Positions 18,963 to 29,333 of a stretch of 64,000 nucleotides of DNA are shown here, one piece after another. The position numbers were made by a program, and so were the translations under genes. The notes beneath the pieces were generated by a model that did no database searches, was not told the DNA's origin, and worked only from the letters and a program-made list of their open reading frames with translations. The stretch lies in the IMG/VR virus record IMGVR_UViG_3300028008_000009, positions 1-64,000 of that record; one strand, written 5' to 3'. The stretch's first letter is position 1; the number at the start of each line of letters is the position of its first letter. The stretch is from a virus.

Positions 18963-20048
18963 ATGCCAAGATTAAGTTTATATAAACCATACAAAAGCAA
19001 CGATTATAACTTCATGGATAGGAGTATTCTCGAGCAATTTTCAATTGGTGGTACTGCAATACATGTACACAAGTACTTAGGTCCTGATTCAGATTCGTCT
19101 AATGATGATCCAAGTGAACCAAATTATAAAAGTGGCTTACAAAAAGATATGCTATCAGGTGAAGAAATTAATCCTGAAGGTTTAGTAGACGAAACTAAAA
19201 TACAAGACTTACTGTTTATGGAAAACAGAGATCGTAAGTACGATCCGGATATTTTTGAACTACGTGGCGTATATAATGTAAGTGACAATGATTTTGATTT
19301 AACACAGTTTGGTTTGTTTTTAACAAACGATACATTGTTTATTACATTTCATATTAACGATATGGTTCAAAAACTTGGTAGAAGATTAATGCCAGGAGAT
19401 GTAATTGAATTACCGCATTTACGTGATGAATTACTATTAAGCACAGACAGAGATGCTGTTAACAAATTTTATGTTGTACAAGATGCCGCAAGAGGAAGTG
19501 AAGGATTCTCACAAACTTGGTATCCACACATTTGGCGTGTTAAAGTAGCACCATTAACAGATACACAAGAATACGCAGATATACTTGGAACTGCTGGTGA
19601 TCCAGATAGTCTTAAAAATGATATAAGTGCATACAAAACAGAGCTTAATATTAGTAACGCTATTGTACAAGCTGCAGAAGAAGCCGATCCTAATGGATTG
19701 CCATTAGCTGAACATTTGTTTGGTGTGGATGACAAAAAAGAGCCAGAATATGATCACGGTGAAACACTACAACAAGGTGATCAATTTCCTGTTCAACCAA
19801 AAGATGGTGAATTCTTTATACGAAATGATTTTAATCCAAATAGATTATTTGTGTTTAGAGGAAGCAGATGGCAAAGACTATATGATAACGTGACTGAAAA
19901 AACTTGGAGCGATAAAACATATAACGCTGGTGACTTTATTAATAATAATTCAACAACAGTTGTGGATGATAAAGAAACTCCAGAACGTCAAGCATTAAGT
20001 AAAGTAATGAACCCTTCTAAGAAAAAAGGGCTAGATTCAGACTTTTAG
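18963..20048 (+). CDS. Neck/head-closure protein (gp14-like)
   Basis: DLLFMENRDRKYD, DLTQFGLFL..DTLFITFH, GDVIELP; precedes the gp15-like gene. Confidence 0.75.
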   Translation: MPRLSLYKPYKSNDYNFMDRSILEQFSIGGTAIHVHKYLGPDSDSSNDDPSEPNYKSGLQKDMLSGEEINPEGLVDETKIQDLLFMENRDRKYDPDIFELRGVYNVSDNDFDLTQFGLFLTNDTLFITFHINDMVQKLGRRLMPGDVIELPHLRDELLLSTDRDAVNKFYVVQDAARGSEGFSQTWYPHIWRVKVAPLTDTQEYADILGTAGDPDSLKNDISAYKTELNISNAIVQAAEEADPNGLPLAEHLFGVDDKKEPEYDHGETLQQGDQFPVQPKDGEFFIRNDFNPNRLFVFRGSRWQRLYDNVTEKTWSDKTYNAGDFINNNSTTVVDDKETPERQALSKVMNPSKKKGLDSDF

Positions 20049-20057
20049 GAATAAACA

Positions 20058-21419
20058 ATGGCAGAGCAACAATACTTTTACGATAAACAAATTAGAAGAT
20101 ACATTCAACAGTTTATAAGACTGTTTAGTGGATTCAGTGTACAAATGGGCAAAGATGATACTGGGCTTCCAGTAATGCAATTAGTTCCAGTACGCTATGG
20201 TGATATCAATCGTATGGCGGCACACATAACCAGAGAAAACTCAGAGAACATTGTTAACACTGTTCCATTTATTAGTTGTTATGTTACTAACTTAGCAATG
20301 GCGCCTGAATTAAGAACATCACCAGGACACATAGACAAAGTTCAAGTTATAGAAAAGAAATATAATGATACAACTGGTGAATATTCAAACGAACCTGGCA
20401 ATAGATATACAATAGAAAGACATAATCCAGTTACATATGTACTATCAATGAACTGCGATATATGGACTTCAAATACAGAACAAAAGTTACAACTAATGGA
20501 ACAAATATTAGTATTGTTTAATCCTACGTTAGATGTTAGGACTTCCAATAATCCATATGACTGGAGTTCGTTAACTTATATAGAAATGAAAAATACCACA
20601 TGGAGTAGTAGAAGCATAGGTAGTAGCATTGACGATATTATTGATGTAGCTTCTATAAATTTTGATTTACCTATATTAATCAATCCACCAGCTAAGGTAA
20701 AACAACAAAAACTTATACATACTATTATTAATCAAATGTATAATTTAGACGATGTACAATTAGATAACTTTAAAGAGAATGTTGCATTTGATAGATCTAC
20801 TGTAGAATATACTGTAGTTACACTTGAAAATAGAAAAGTCATGTATGAAGATAATAAATTAACTTTACTTGCATTAGATGAAACTGCATTTGACTCTGAT
20901 GGTAATGAAGTATCGTGGACAAATGATCTAAAGAAATTTGGAGAGTTAAGAGATGGTATTAGTCAAATTAGATTAAGAAAAAGTTCTGACCCAGGCGACA
21001 CAGACAATGACATTATTGGTCGTGTGAGCAAACTTAATGATAATATATTATCAGTTGATATTGATACGTCAACATTGCCTACTAATACATTATCTGCAAT
21101 AAATGGAATTATAGATGGATCAAAAAACTATCCAGGTGATGGTACTGTTCCTTCTGCAAATGCTGGTGTTAGATACTTATTACTTAATCCTATTCCTGTT
21201 AGTTCAAATTGGAATGGTTTATCAAGTGCTAACCGATATGATATTGTAGAGTTTGACGGAAGTGCATGGTCTATAGTATTTGACTCTGCTGCAAATAACA
21301 ACTTAACACATTACGTAACTAATGTCAGCACAGATGATCAATTAGAGTGGAACGGCTCTGGTTGGGTTAACAGTTACGAAGCAATTTACAACGCAGGCTT
21401 TTGGAGACTGTACTTATAA
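20058..21419 (+). CDS. Tail terminator / sheath stabilizer (gp15-like)
   Basis: YFYDKQIRRYIQQF, VPVRYGD, PV.Y....DIWTSN.EQKLQL.EQILVLFNP. Confidence 0.8.
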   Translation: MAEQQYFYDKQIRRYIQQFIRLFSGFSVQMGKDDTGLPVMQLVPVRYGDINRMAAHITRENSENIVNTVPFISCYVTNLAMAPELRTSPGHIDKVQVIEKKYNDTTGEYSNEPGNRYTIERHNPVTYVLSMNCDIWTSNTEQKLQLMEQILVLFNPTLDVRTSNNPYDWSSLTYIEMKNTTWSSRSIGSSIDDIIDVASINFDLPILINPPAKVKQQKLIHTIINQMYNLDDVQLDNFKENVAFDRSTVEYTVVTLENRKVMYEDNKLTLLALDETAFDSDGNEVSWTNDLKKFGELRDGISQIRLRKSSDPGDTDNDIIGRVSKLNDNILSVDIDTSTLPTNTLSAINGIIDGSKNYPGDGTVPSANAGVRYLLLNPIPVSSNWNGLSSANRYDIVEFDGSAWSIVFDSAANNNLTHYVTNVSTDDQLEWNGSGWVNSYEAIYNAGFWRLYL

Positions 21420-21838
21420 TGATAGAAGCAAGTGGTTGTATTTTCTTAAGTACAACAACCGGAAGAGTAATGATGCAACTCAGAAGCGAGAAAGTAACTC
21501 ATTCTAAGAAATGGGGATTTTTTGGTGGTAAGAGTGAAGATCAAGAAAGACCGTCAGAAACTTTATACAGAGAAATAGAAGAAGAAGTTGGCAAGGTTGA
21601 TATTGCCAAGGTTATTCCTGTGAGTAAGTTTACTAGTAAAAATGGAAAGTTTATATATAATAGCTTTGTTGTTTTAGTAAACGAAGAATTTATTCCTAAA
21701 CTAAATTCAGAAAGCAATGGGTATTGCTGGGTTGCTATAGAAAAATGGCCAAAGCCTTTACACCCTGGTGCTAAAATTCAATGTAATTCAAAGGATTTTT
21801 TAAAGAAAATAAAAACTATCTACGACTTGCATAGATAG
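21419..21838 (+). CDS. NUDIX hydrolase
   Basis: Nudix box GGKSEDQERPSETLYREIEEEVG; likely start ATG 21419 (TAATG overlap). Confidence 0.88.
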   Translation: MIEASGCIFLSTTTGRVMMQLRSEKVTHSKKWGFFGGKSEDQERPSETLYREIEEEVGKVDIAKVIPVSKFTSKNGKFIYNSFVVLVNEEFIPKLNSESNGYCWVAIEKWPKPLHPGAKIQCNSKDFLKKIKTIYDLHR

Positions 21839-21856
21839 TTTTATAGAGATTTGTTT

Positions 21857-22951
21857 TTATTTGGCGCTAATACGTTTTTTCATACTTTCAACAAATTGTT
21901 CACGCAACCATTCAAAATCATTAATTTTGTTTAGTGCTTCAACATCATCTTTGTGTTCAATACCGTATGCTTTTCCTTCCAATGCACCTTTGATACAATA
22001 ACGTCCAAAACGTCCGCCTTCATCAACTGTACACCATGTTTCTAATCTATCTGCTGTTTCTTTTACAGGAGCATTTGGATTAATTTGAGATGATAGTTTT
22101 ACACATTCACGGAATGCACTACGCCATGTACGGAATGGATCTCTATTAAATCTTGTTATGTTAGAAACATCTCTAACTGGTTGATAAAATGCTGCGCCTG
22201 TACTAAAGTCTGGAAGCACATGGCCCATTTCGATTAATTGTTGTCTTGGGAATAATTTAATACCACCATATCCATATTCTAATCCATTAATTGGATTACG
22301 TGCATACCAAACATATGTTGTGTTTGCTCTTTTTGCCATTGGAGGAATATAATCAAAACAGAAGTCATTCATAACATCTGCATCTGCATCAACAATATAT
22401 ACCATTTCTGATGTTGCTAATTCTCCTGCTTTTTTATGAGCATTACCAATGCCTGCTACATTTTTAATATGTCCTGCTTCTGGAAATCTAAGTCTTAGTT
22501 GTTGATAATTATGATCTGCTTCTGCTTCATGGAAACTAATCATAATAATGTCAAAGTCTGCTTCATGGAATGACCCAACAATTTTATTTTTTACTGTTCC
22601 ATGTACTACGCCGCCAGTTGGAACTAATTGAATGTCTCCCCAATTAACCGGACGTCCAGTTCTTTTAATTACTTTTGGAAATCTATGTATTACATTATGT
22701 CCCACATCACTTGGCTTGTAATGCCAAGGAAATTCTGGATTAAGTGTAGCTGTTTTTAGTACTACCCAAACCATTTCTGATTTGCCTAAATATTCGGATG
22801 CAATTTTTGTAAGTTCTTCAGTGTCTGTTATTTTTTCATCTACATACACAATAGGGTAACTTTTAAAAATATATTTTTTTAGTCTATCCCAAGGTGTAAT
22901 AACACTTTGTCCTTTGAAATCTAATAGAGAAGTTGTAGAAGTTTTAATCAT
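21857..22951 (-). CDS. Glycosyltransferase-like (GT-A fold) protein
   Basis: IVDADA DxD motif, NPINGLEYGYGG.KL, WRSAFRECVKL; degenerate N-terminal repeat of the domain. Confidence 0.65.
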   Translation of the reverse strand: MIKTSTTSLLDFKGQSVITPWDRLKKYIFKSYPIVYVDEKITDTEELTKIASEYLGKSEMVWVVLKTATLNPEFPWHYKPSDVGHNVIHRFPKVIKRTGRPVNWGDIQLVPTGGVVHGTVKNKIVGSFHEADFDIIMISFHEAEADHNYQQLRLRFPEAGHIKNVAGIGNAHKKAGELATSEMVYIVDADADVMNDFCFDYIPPMAKRANTTYVWYARNPINGLEYGYGGIKLFPRQQLIEMGHVLPDFSTGAAFYQPVRDVSNITRFNRDPFRTWRSAFRECVKLSSQINPNAPVKETADRLETWCTVDEGGRFGRYCIKGALEGKAYGIEHKDDVEALNKINDFEWLREQFVESMKKRISAK

Positions 22952-23594
22952 AACAGTCGCCTTTTATTGTAAATTCTTTCATGCCTATATGTGCAATTCT
23001 TTCACTTAACGCATGATCGATATGTGATGTATATCCATGCGCTGATGCTTTTTTACAAAAATATATATCTTCGCCCACTAAGTTAGTATAGTTATCATTC
23101 CATTCAATACTATAATGTGGTCTTGACATATTTTCATATACACATCTATTTACCAACAATAGACCACTGCCTACTGCAAACACTTCTTCTATGCCTTGTC
23201 CGCCAAAAACTCTCTTGTCTAGATTGTTTTCATTTTTAAACGCAACGGGTCTGTGCGGTTTTACTCTTGTGCTATAATTTGCTCCAACAATTTCTCTCTT
23301 ATGCGATAGCAAAGAAAATAATGAATCTACTGGAAACTTCATATCACTGTCTACCCAGAATATATGTGTCGCTGACGTTTCCAATACTTCGTCAACTAAT
23401 TGTTGGCGTTGCATTGCTACTTCACTTCCCATAACCATATGTAAGGAAACTTTTTGTCCTTTCTCGCCACACTTTTTCATAAGCATAGCAAGACTATAGG
23501 TAAATGTTGATGTCACATGGTCCCTTACTGGAACACATATTGCGACATTTGAGGTAGGGTCAGATTTTTGTATAAACTTAGGTATACTTACCAT
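22944..23594 (-). CDS. Glycosyltransferase family 2-like protein
   Basis: VAICVP, R..LV...L, WVDSDM, G.GLLLV.R.V, GEDIYFC, HIG. Confidence 0.75.
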   Translation of the reverse strand: MVSIPKFIQKSDPTSNVAICVPVRDHVTSTFTYSLAMLMKKCGEKGQKVSLHMVMGSEVAMQRQQLVDEVLETSATHIFWVDSDMKFPVDSLFSLLSHKREIVGANYSTRVKPHRPVAFKNENNLDKRVFGGQGIEEVFAVGSGLLLVNRCVYENMSRPHYSIEWNDNYTNLVGEDIYFCKKASAHGYTSHIDHALSERIAHIGMKEFTIKGDCYD

Positions 23595-23599
23595 TTAAT

Positions 23600-24019
23600 T
23601 TAATCAGTAAGTTCTGAACCAAGTTCTGCTTCAATTTCCTGTACTGAATCATTTAATGATTTAGCAAGTGTTGTAGCTGACTTGACACATGAGGAAAATG
23701 CATCATCTGATAGTGATGCCATATAATTCATATGCTCTGGTTGTACTTTACCAATTGTAAGAATATCAATTGCTGCCAAACGTGCAAGACGTGTAGTCCA
23801 ATATTCTTCTTCGGTTGCTTCGATACCGCTAATTAAAGCGTCAAATTCACCGTTTTTAGCAACAAAGTCACTAGCCACTGCTTCTAGCATTGCTAAGTCT
23901 GGATGTTGCTGTGTACGTGCTTGCATTAGCTCATTTTGTAGCTCTAATGCTTGACGCTCTACTGTTGGATGGGCACCCAACAAAAATGTTTCTATTTCGA
24001 ATCTTGTTCTTGAACTCAT
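23600..24019 (-). CDS. Hypothetical protein
   Basis: 139 aa, first gene after a perfect sigma70 promoter; SD GGAGA. Confidence 0.75.
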   Translation of the reverse strand: MSSRTRFEIETFLLGAHPTVERQALELQNELMQARTQQHPDLAMLEAVASDFVAKNGEFDALISGIEATEEEYWTTRLARLAAIDILTIGKVQPEHMNYMASLSDDAFSSCVKSATTLAKSLNDSVQEIEAELGSELTD

Positions 24020-24060
24020 AGTTTTCTCCTGTATTGAGTATACTTGTCTGTATTCATTTA

Positions 24061-24089
24061 ATTATACAACATAAAGTAAACACTGTCAA
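24061..24089 (-). promoter_or_regulatory. sigma70-type promoter for glycosyltransferase operon
   Basis: Perfect TTGACA-17-TATAAT. Confidence 0.8.
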
Positions 24090-24108
24090 GAGCTACTTGA
24101 CAGTGTTT
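24078..24108. terminator. 13-bp inverted repeat, probable terminator of the fibre operon
   Basis: AAACACTGTCAAG-AGCTA-CTTGACAGTGTTT. Confidence 0.65.
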
Positions 24109-24126
24109 TAAATAATATTTTAAATA

Positions 24127-24309
24127 TTATGATGCGCCTGTTGAATTAGGATTTTGCCATCCGCCAAAGGTGGCTGATAGTTTAATATTTGTTGTTACTT
24201 GCGGTGAGATAAACGTACCTAATTGATATAGTGAAACTGTTCCACTTAATCCAAAATAGTCACGTACTGTACTCATACTTACCGTGTTTCCGGTTGCTGG
24301 TAATGCCAT
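24127..24309 (-). CDS. Small tail-fibre-tip associated protein
   Basis: MALPATGNTVSMS... N-terminus typical of proteins that follow S74-bearing fibres; SD GGAG; late box at 24360-24366. Confidence 0.6.
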   Translation of the reverse strand: MALPATGNTVSMSTVRDYFGLSGTVSLYQLGTFISPQVTTNIKLSATFGGWQNPNSTGAS

Positions 24310-24399
24310 TTGTTACTCCTCGAGTTTATTAACGTTAACAAACATTCGTTTGCTAGTTATATTTATCGTAATCGATATTTAAGTTGTGTTTAAGGTTAA

Positions 24400-26844
24400 T
24401 TATCTTTTGCCTTTTAAAAATTCTACTTCCTTTGTAAGATCTTCAATTTGGCTTTGTTGTTCTTTTATTGCTTCAATAAGAACGCCTACTATATTTCCGT
24501 ATGCTACAGATTTATAGCCTGTGTTGTCGTCATTATGCACTACCTCTGGTAATACTTCTTCTGTCTCCTGTGCAATAACACCAGTTGACTGTCTTAGTTC
24601 ACCAGTTAGTGAATTTGTTTTATCAAACATAACACCACGCATTGCTTTAACTTTGTCTAATGCATCTTCTATTGTTGTTATGTTGCTTTTTAGTCTTTCA
24701 TCTGAGTATGCTGTTACATCACCAGATGCTGTAAAATCACCTGTATAACTTCCACTCATTTTAAACTCTGTTCCGGTTAATGTCAACCCATTTCCGGCTG
24801 TATATGTTGTGTCTGTATCGGTGTTTGTGTCTACCCATGGAACGTTTACAAACATTTTTCCACTTGATAATTCTACTGGATAGTTTTTACCATTCTCACC
24901 ATATCCAATTTTAACTAATCCTAGTGTTCCTGATGTCGCAGTTGAATATGTTGTGTTTGTATCAGTGTTTGTATCTGTGCTACTGATAGTAAAGTTAGGA
25001 TATGTTCCACTAATACTTGTAGCACCTGAGCCTGTTAAACTTACAGTTTGATCCGGTGCTGTATTATTAAATGTTGTTCCAACTAAATTTAACCCTGTGC
25101 CTGCTGTGTATGTTGTGTTTGTATCAGTAAAGGATGTAATATATCCTGAATCATTTGTAAATGAACTTACATTAGTTGGTATACGAGCATCAACACGTGC
25201 ATTTGTATGATATAAATTTGTACCTTCTGTTAAATCAGAAGTAGTTTTACCACTAAACACTGTATCAACTCTTGCAGATGTAAAGTAAAGATTATTTGCA
25301 CCTTCTGTTACATCATCTGTAGTATTCGATGATAAGTCATAACCACCGCTTGCTGTTGTTGCCGAAGCAATTGTCATTGTATTAAGCGAATCGTTGTATG
25401 TAAGTGTTATGTTACTGCCCGCTACAAGAAGATTAGAAACTCTATCATCTACTCTTTCATCTGTATAGTAAAGATTTGATCCTAGCCAGGCATCTGCTGT
25501 TGAATTAAAGTCTGCTGTTGCTAACTTTGTTCCTATTTGTGTACTAAGTGTTGTGCTAAGATTTGCATCATCTCCTAGTGCAGCGGCTAATTCGTTTAAT
25601 GTATCTAACGTGCCTGGAGCACCATCGACAATTGCAGCAATTTCTGTATCAGTGTATGCTTTAGCATCTACTTCGGCTTGATCTGCATATGTTTGATATG
25701 CAGTTGTGATTGCTGTTTCTCTTGTATCAGTGTATGCGTTTGCTGTTAATACTGCATCTACTTCGGCTGTATCTGCATAGGTTTCATATGCAGTTGTGAT
25801 TGCTGTTTCTCTTGTATCAGTATATGCTTTTGCATCTACTAATGCTTGATCGGATTTTGTAGTTGCATCTGTGCTTGCTGTACTAATTGCATCTGCTTCG
25901 GCTTGATCTGCATATGATTCTGTAGCATAACCTTTTGTGCCTAATAAAGTGTTTACTCTAGCATCAGTATAATAAAGATTACTTGCTTCTGATATGTCGT
26001 CTGTATCTAATGCGCCTGTTCCGCCTGATATTGCACTATCAACATATGATTTAGTTGCGGCATTATCGGCACTAGTTGGTGCGCCACTTAATGTTAATGC
26101 ACCTGTAAGTGTTCCACCTGTAAGTGGCAATACTGTTGTAATTTCTGTATCTGTATATGACTTAGCAGCATTATATGTTGTGGTGTCACCTGAGTTTGCA
26201 TACGATTCGTATGCTGTTGTAATTGCTATTTCTCTTGTATCAGTGTATAATTCAGCGCCCGATCTAGCTGCATTTGCCTTAGAAGTTGCATCTGCACTTG
26301 CTTGACTAACAGCCTGAGATTTTGCTGCATTTGCCTTATTAGTTGCATCTATACTTGCTTGTGACATTGCTGTACTAATTGCATCTGATTCGGCTTGATC
26401 TGCATATGATCTGTATGCACTTGTAATTACTATTTCTCTTTGATCAGTATATGATCTTGCATCATATTCTGCTTGATCAACATATGATTCTGTAGCATAT
26501 CCTGTTAAATTTGGACTTAATGATGATAAGTTAACTGTATTACCGTTACTTATTGTTAACAGTGGATCTGCAAAAGTTAATGTTTGATTATTAGCATTAA
26601 TAATTTGTTCAACTCTAGCAGTTGTGTGAAATAAGTTTGTAGAGCCTTCAGTAACATTATCAGTATTAATTGATGATTCCATTAAATCATCAATGTTAAC
26701 ATTTTTTAATGTAATTGTAGAGCCATCATGTGTTAATACATCTGTTCCATTAATCTGAAGTTTATCTAGATTACTGTTTGTTTCAATAGCCGCTGTAGCA
26801 TCTATATCTCGTATTACTGTTTGATTACCAATTTTAAAAGCCAC
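24400..26844 (-). CDS. Tail fibre protein with C-terminal peptidase S74 intramolecular chaperone
   Basis: GTG start; EGxxNLY repeats; GDVTAYSDERLKSNI...GVIAQE...VAYGNIVGVLIEAIKE. Confidence 0.85.
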   Translation of the reverse strand: MAFKIGNQTVIRDIDATAAIETNSNLDKLQINGTDVLTHDGSTITLKNVNIDDLMESSINTDNVTEGSTNLFHTTARVEQIINANNQTLTFADPLLTISNGNTVNLSSLSPNLTGYATESYVDQAEYDARSYTDQREIVITSAYRSYADQAESDAISTAMSQASIDATNKANAAKSQAVSQASADATSKANAARSGAELYTDTREIAITTAYESYANSGDTTTYNAAKSYTDTEITTVLPLTGGTLTGALTLSGAPTSADNAATKSYVDSAISGGTGALDTDDISEASNLYYTDARVNTLLGTKGYATESYADQAEADAISTASTDATTKSDQALVDAKAYTDTRETAITTAYETYADTAEVDAVLTANAYTDTRETAITTAYQTYADQAEVDAKAYTDTEIAAIVDGAPGTLDTLNELAAALGDDANLSTTLSTQIGTKLATADFNSTADAWLGSNLYYTDERVDDRVSNLLVAGSNITLTYNDSLNTMTIASATTASGGYDLSSNTTDDVTEGANNLYFTSARVDTVFSGKTTSDLTEGTNLYHTNARVDARIPTNVSSFTNDSGYITSFTDTNTTYTAGTGLNLVGTTFNNTAPDQTVSLTGSGATSISGTYPNFTISSTDTNTDTNTTYSTATSGTLGLVKIGYGENGKNYPVELSSGKMFVNVPWVDTNTDTDTTYTAGNGLTLTGTEFKMSGSYTGDFTASGDVTAYSDERLKSNITTIEDALDKVKAMRGVMFDKTNSLTGELRQSTGVIAQETEEVLPEVVHNDDNTGYKSVAYGNIVGVLIEAIKEQQSQIEDLTKEVEFLKGKR

Positions 26845-26878
26845 TGCTAATTCTCCATCCTATATTATATATTTATGC

Positions 26879-28033
26879 TTATGGAATAAGCTGATACGTA
26901 GAAGGAATAAACTGAATCCAGTTTGTTCCATCGTAACCTTCAAACATTTTTGTTGTTTCGTTAAACCATAACATGCCTTCCACTGCTGGAGATGGTCGAC
27001 TTACTGCTAATCCTTTTGGTACTCTAAATACATCAGGAGAAAGTGAGCCTGAGTTATCAATTACAACTTGTCCTTGCGAATTAATAATACCACCTTCAAG
27101 GTTACCTGTAACATTACCATCTACATTACCTACAAGGTTACCTAAAACATCACCAACAACGCCGCCTTGTATGTTTGCATAAACAATAGGTTTAGGAATT
27201 GCAGTATCATCAATAATAAGTGTAGAACCAGTTCTGTCATAAACAGCACCGTTCCAATTACCAATTGTAGTTGTTCCAGTAAAGTCTGCACTACCACCAG
27301 TAAATGTAGCATTGCCACTAATATTAGTAGTGCCTGCATTTAATGTTGTAGTGGTTGCTGAATCAACTGTTAAGGCAGAATCTAAATTACCAGTTCCGCT
27401 TTCTAAAATTTTATTTGCGCCGGTTGGGTTGTAAACATCACCATAAGTGTTACCCATTAGTCCACCAGTAAATGTAGAACTTGTGCTTGACACATCTACA
27501 ATAACTGTGCCACTGTTGTTTATGACATCACCGCGATATGTTGCTGGTGTACTTGCATCACCTGGATCTAATACAATTGAGGTTGTATCAGTTTGATCTG
27601 CTAAATTGTATCCAACTTTTGTTGCGTATGAATAGTCTGTATCAGTAAAGCTAATAACACCAGTTGCACTATCATAAGACAAACTACCAGTTGCTGAAAT
27701 GGCTGCTCTTGCATCTGCATCTGTATATTGTGTTGGTAAATTACCTGCAACAATTGTATCTGCTGTGAGTGTTCTTACTGACAAGTCACCTTTTGTAACT
27801 TCGCCTGCATTTATACTATTAAGAGTATTTGGTGATAGGTCTACTGAATCAATTAGTAGAAACGTATTTGTTTCGTGATCTCTAACAAAGCCTGCATAAG
27901 TTATAGGACCAATTTTACCTAGCCAACCTACATCTGTCGGTAAGCTACTATCTTTGTTTAGTATAAGTAATGGGTCATTAAATCCAACGTCATTGCTTAT
28001 AAGATTGGTTGATTGTATTCCTCTAAATGCCAT
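26879..28033 (-). CDS. Tail fibre-like structural protein
   Basis: G/T/S-rich, GNV.GN repeats, C-terminal RP...EGMLWFN....FEGYDGTNW; late box at 28059-28065. Confidence 0.7.
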   Translation of the reverse strand: MAFRGIQSTNLISNDVGFNDPLLILNKDSSLPTDVGWLGKIGPITYAGFVRDHETNTFLLIDSVDLSPNTLNSINAGEVTKGDLSVRTLTADTIVAGNLPTQYTDADARAAISATGSLSYDSATGVISFTDTDYSYATKVGYNLADQTDTTSIVLDPGDASTPATYRGDVINNSGTVIVDVSSTSSTFTGGLMGNTYGDVYNPTGANKILESGTGNLDSALTVDSATTTTLNAGTTNISGNATFTGGSADFTGTTTIGNWNGAVYDRTGSTLIIDDTAIPKPIVYANIQGGVVGDVLGNLVGNVDGNVTGNLEGGIINSQGQVVIDNSGSLSPDVFRVPKGLAVSRPSPAVEGMLWFNETTKMFEGYDGTNWIQFIPSTYQLIP

Positions 28034-28086
28034 TTAAATTCTCTCTATGTTATGTTAGTATTTATCAATAAACAAAGTTTAGTCAT

Positions 28087-28115
28087 AAAAAAAGCAGTGC
28101 CTAAGCACTGCTTTT
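28087..28115 (-). terminator. Rho-independent terminator
   Basis: AAAAGCAGTGC-TTAG-GCACTGCTTTT followed by a T-run. Confidence 0.8.
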
Positions 28116-28134
28116 AGTTTTAGTAATTTAAAAA

Positions 28135-29220
28135 TTACATATTTTTAAGTTCTTTAACTTCTGCTGATAATTCTTTAACTGCTTCAATTAATAGACCTGT
28201 AATGTTACCGTATGCTACTGAGTGAACACCGTTTGCATCTGTGTGAACTGCTTCAGGTAAAACTTCAAGTAGTTCCTGAGCAACAACACCAGTTGATGTT
28301 GATCCGTCTTCGATACGATCAAAAGTAACACCGCGAACTGCTTCAACTCTATCTAGAGCGTTGTCAATTGTTTGAATGTTAGTTTTTAATGATTCATCTG
28401 AGTATGCAGTAATATCACCAGTTGCTGTAAAGCCACCAGTGTATGAACCTGACATTACTACTGAATCACCTGAAATTGTTAAACCGTTGCCAGTGTTAAC
28501 ATTTAGTGATATAGTTTCGTTAGATGTTTGGTTAGTTGTAAAGGCTGCGCCTCCACCTAAACCACTACCTGCTGAAATTGTAATTGTAGCATTACCAATT
28601 GTTAATCCACTAATAGCTGCTGAAAGTTCAGCATCTGTTGCCATTGCATCTTGGATTTCTTTTAGTGTATCAAAAGATGAGTTAGCACCATTTACTAAGT
28701 TTGAAATTGCTGTATCAGTATATGAGTTTGATGAAGTAATCGCTGCTGATTGAGCCGAATTAGCTTTAGATGTTGCATCACTTGCCGCTGTTGCTTCTGC
28801 TGCCGCCTCACGTGCATCAACATATGATTTATTAGCTGCATCACTACTTGATGTTGGTGTAGTTAATGAAGTGATTTTATTACTGCTCATGTTGATCGGA
28901 TCTTTCATGGTCAGTGTTTTAACTATCTCAACACCTTTCTTAAAACGTGTTGTTTTGTTTACGTTTGTATCAAAACTTGTGTTGCTACCATCATCTGCTT
29001 CACCGTCAGTTGTTGTTAGCTTTGTTGCTAGGATCGAAATGTTACGTTCCATGTCCGCCATACGTCTAAGAGACGATTTTGAACCTGAAATTGTAATTTC
29101 TTCTGCACCTGCATCACCTGTAAATTCTTCTAGTGAACCAGTTGAATTATATCTGTATTTCTTTGATTTATTGAATGAAAAGGCACTTGTTGAGCCTCCA
29201 CTTCTTACTTTTCTTCCCAT
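28135..29220 (-). CDS. Short tail fibre with peptidase S74 chaperone domain
   Basis: DAANKSYVD motif; GDITAYSDESLKTNI...GVVAQE...VAYGNITGLLIEAVKEL. Confidence 0.8.
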   Translation of the reverse strand: MGRKVRSGGSTSAFSFNKSKKYRYNSTGSLEEFTGDAGAEEITISGSKSSLRRMADMERNISILATKLTTTDGEADDGSNTSFDTNVNKTTRFKKGVEIVKTLTMKDPINMSSNKITSLTTPTSSSDAANKSYVDAREAAAEATAASDATSKANSAQSAAITSSNSYTDTAISNLVNGANSSFDTLKEIQDAMATDAELSAAISGLTIGNATITISAGSGLGGGAAFTTNQTSNETISLNVNTGNGLTISGDSVVMSGSYTGGFTATGDITAYSDESLKTNIQTIDNALDRVEAVRGVTFDRIEDGSTSTGVVAQELLEVLPEAVHTDANGVHSVAYGNITGLLIEAVKELSAEVKELKNM

Positions 29221-29275
29221 TTTAACTCTCCTTAAAAGTTTTTTAGCCTCGTAGTATTAACTCTGTTATTACCAT

Positions 29276-29316
29276 GGCACTTATAAGTGCCTAAGTAGGG
29301 GGTTGGGACCCCCTAC
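29276..29316. other. Two tandem intergenic hairpins
   Basis: GGCACT-TATA-AGTGCC (29276-29291) and GTAGGGGGT-TGGG-ACCCCCTAC (29295-29316). Confidence 0.6.
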
Positions 29317-29333
29317 CTTTGGACTAAATTATA

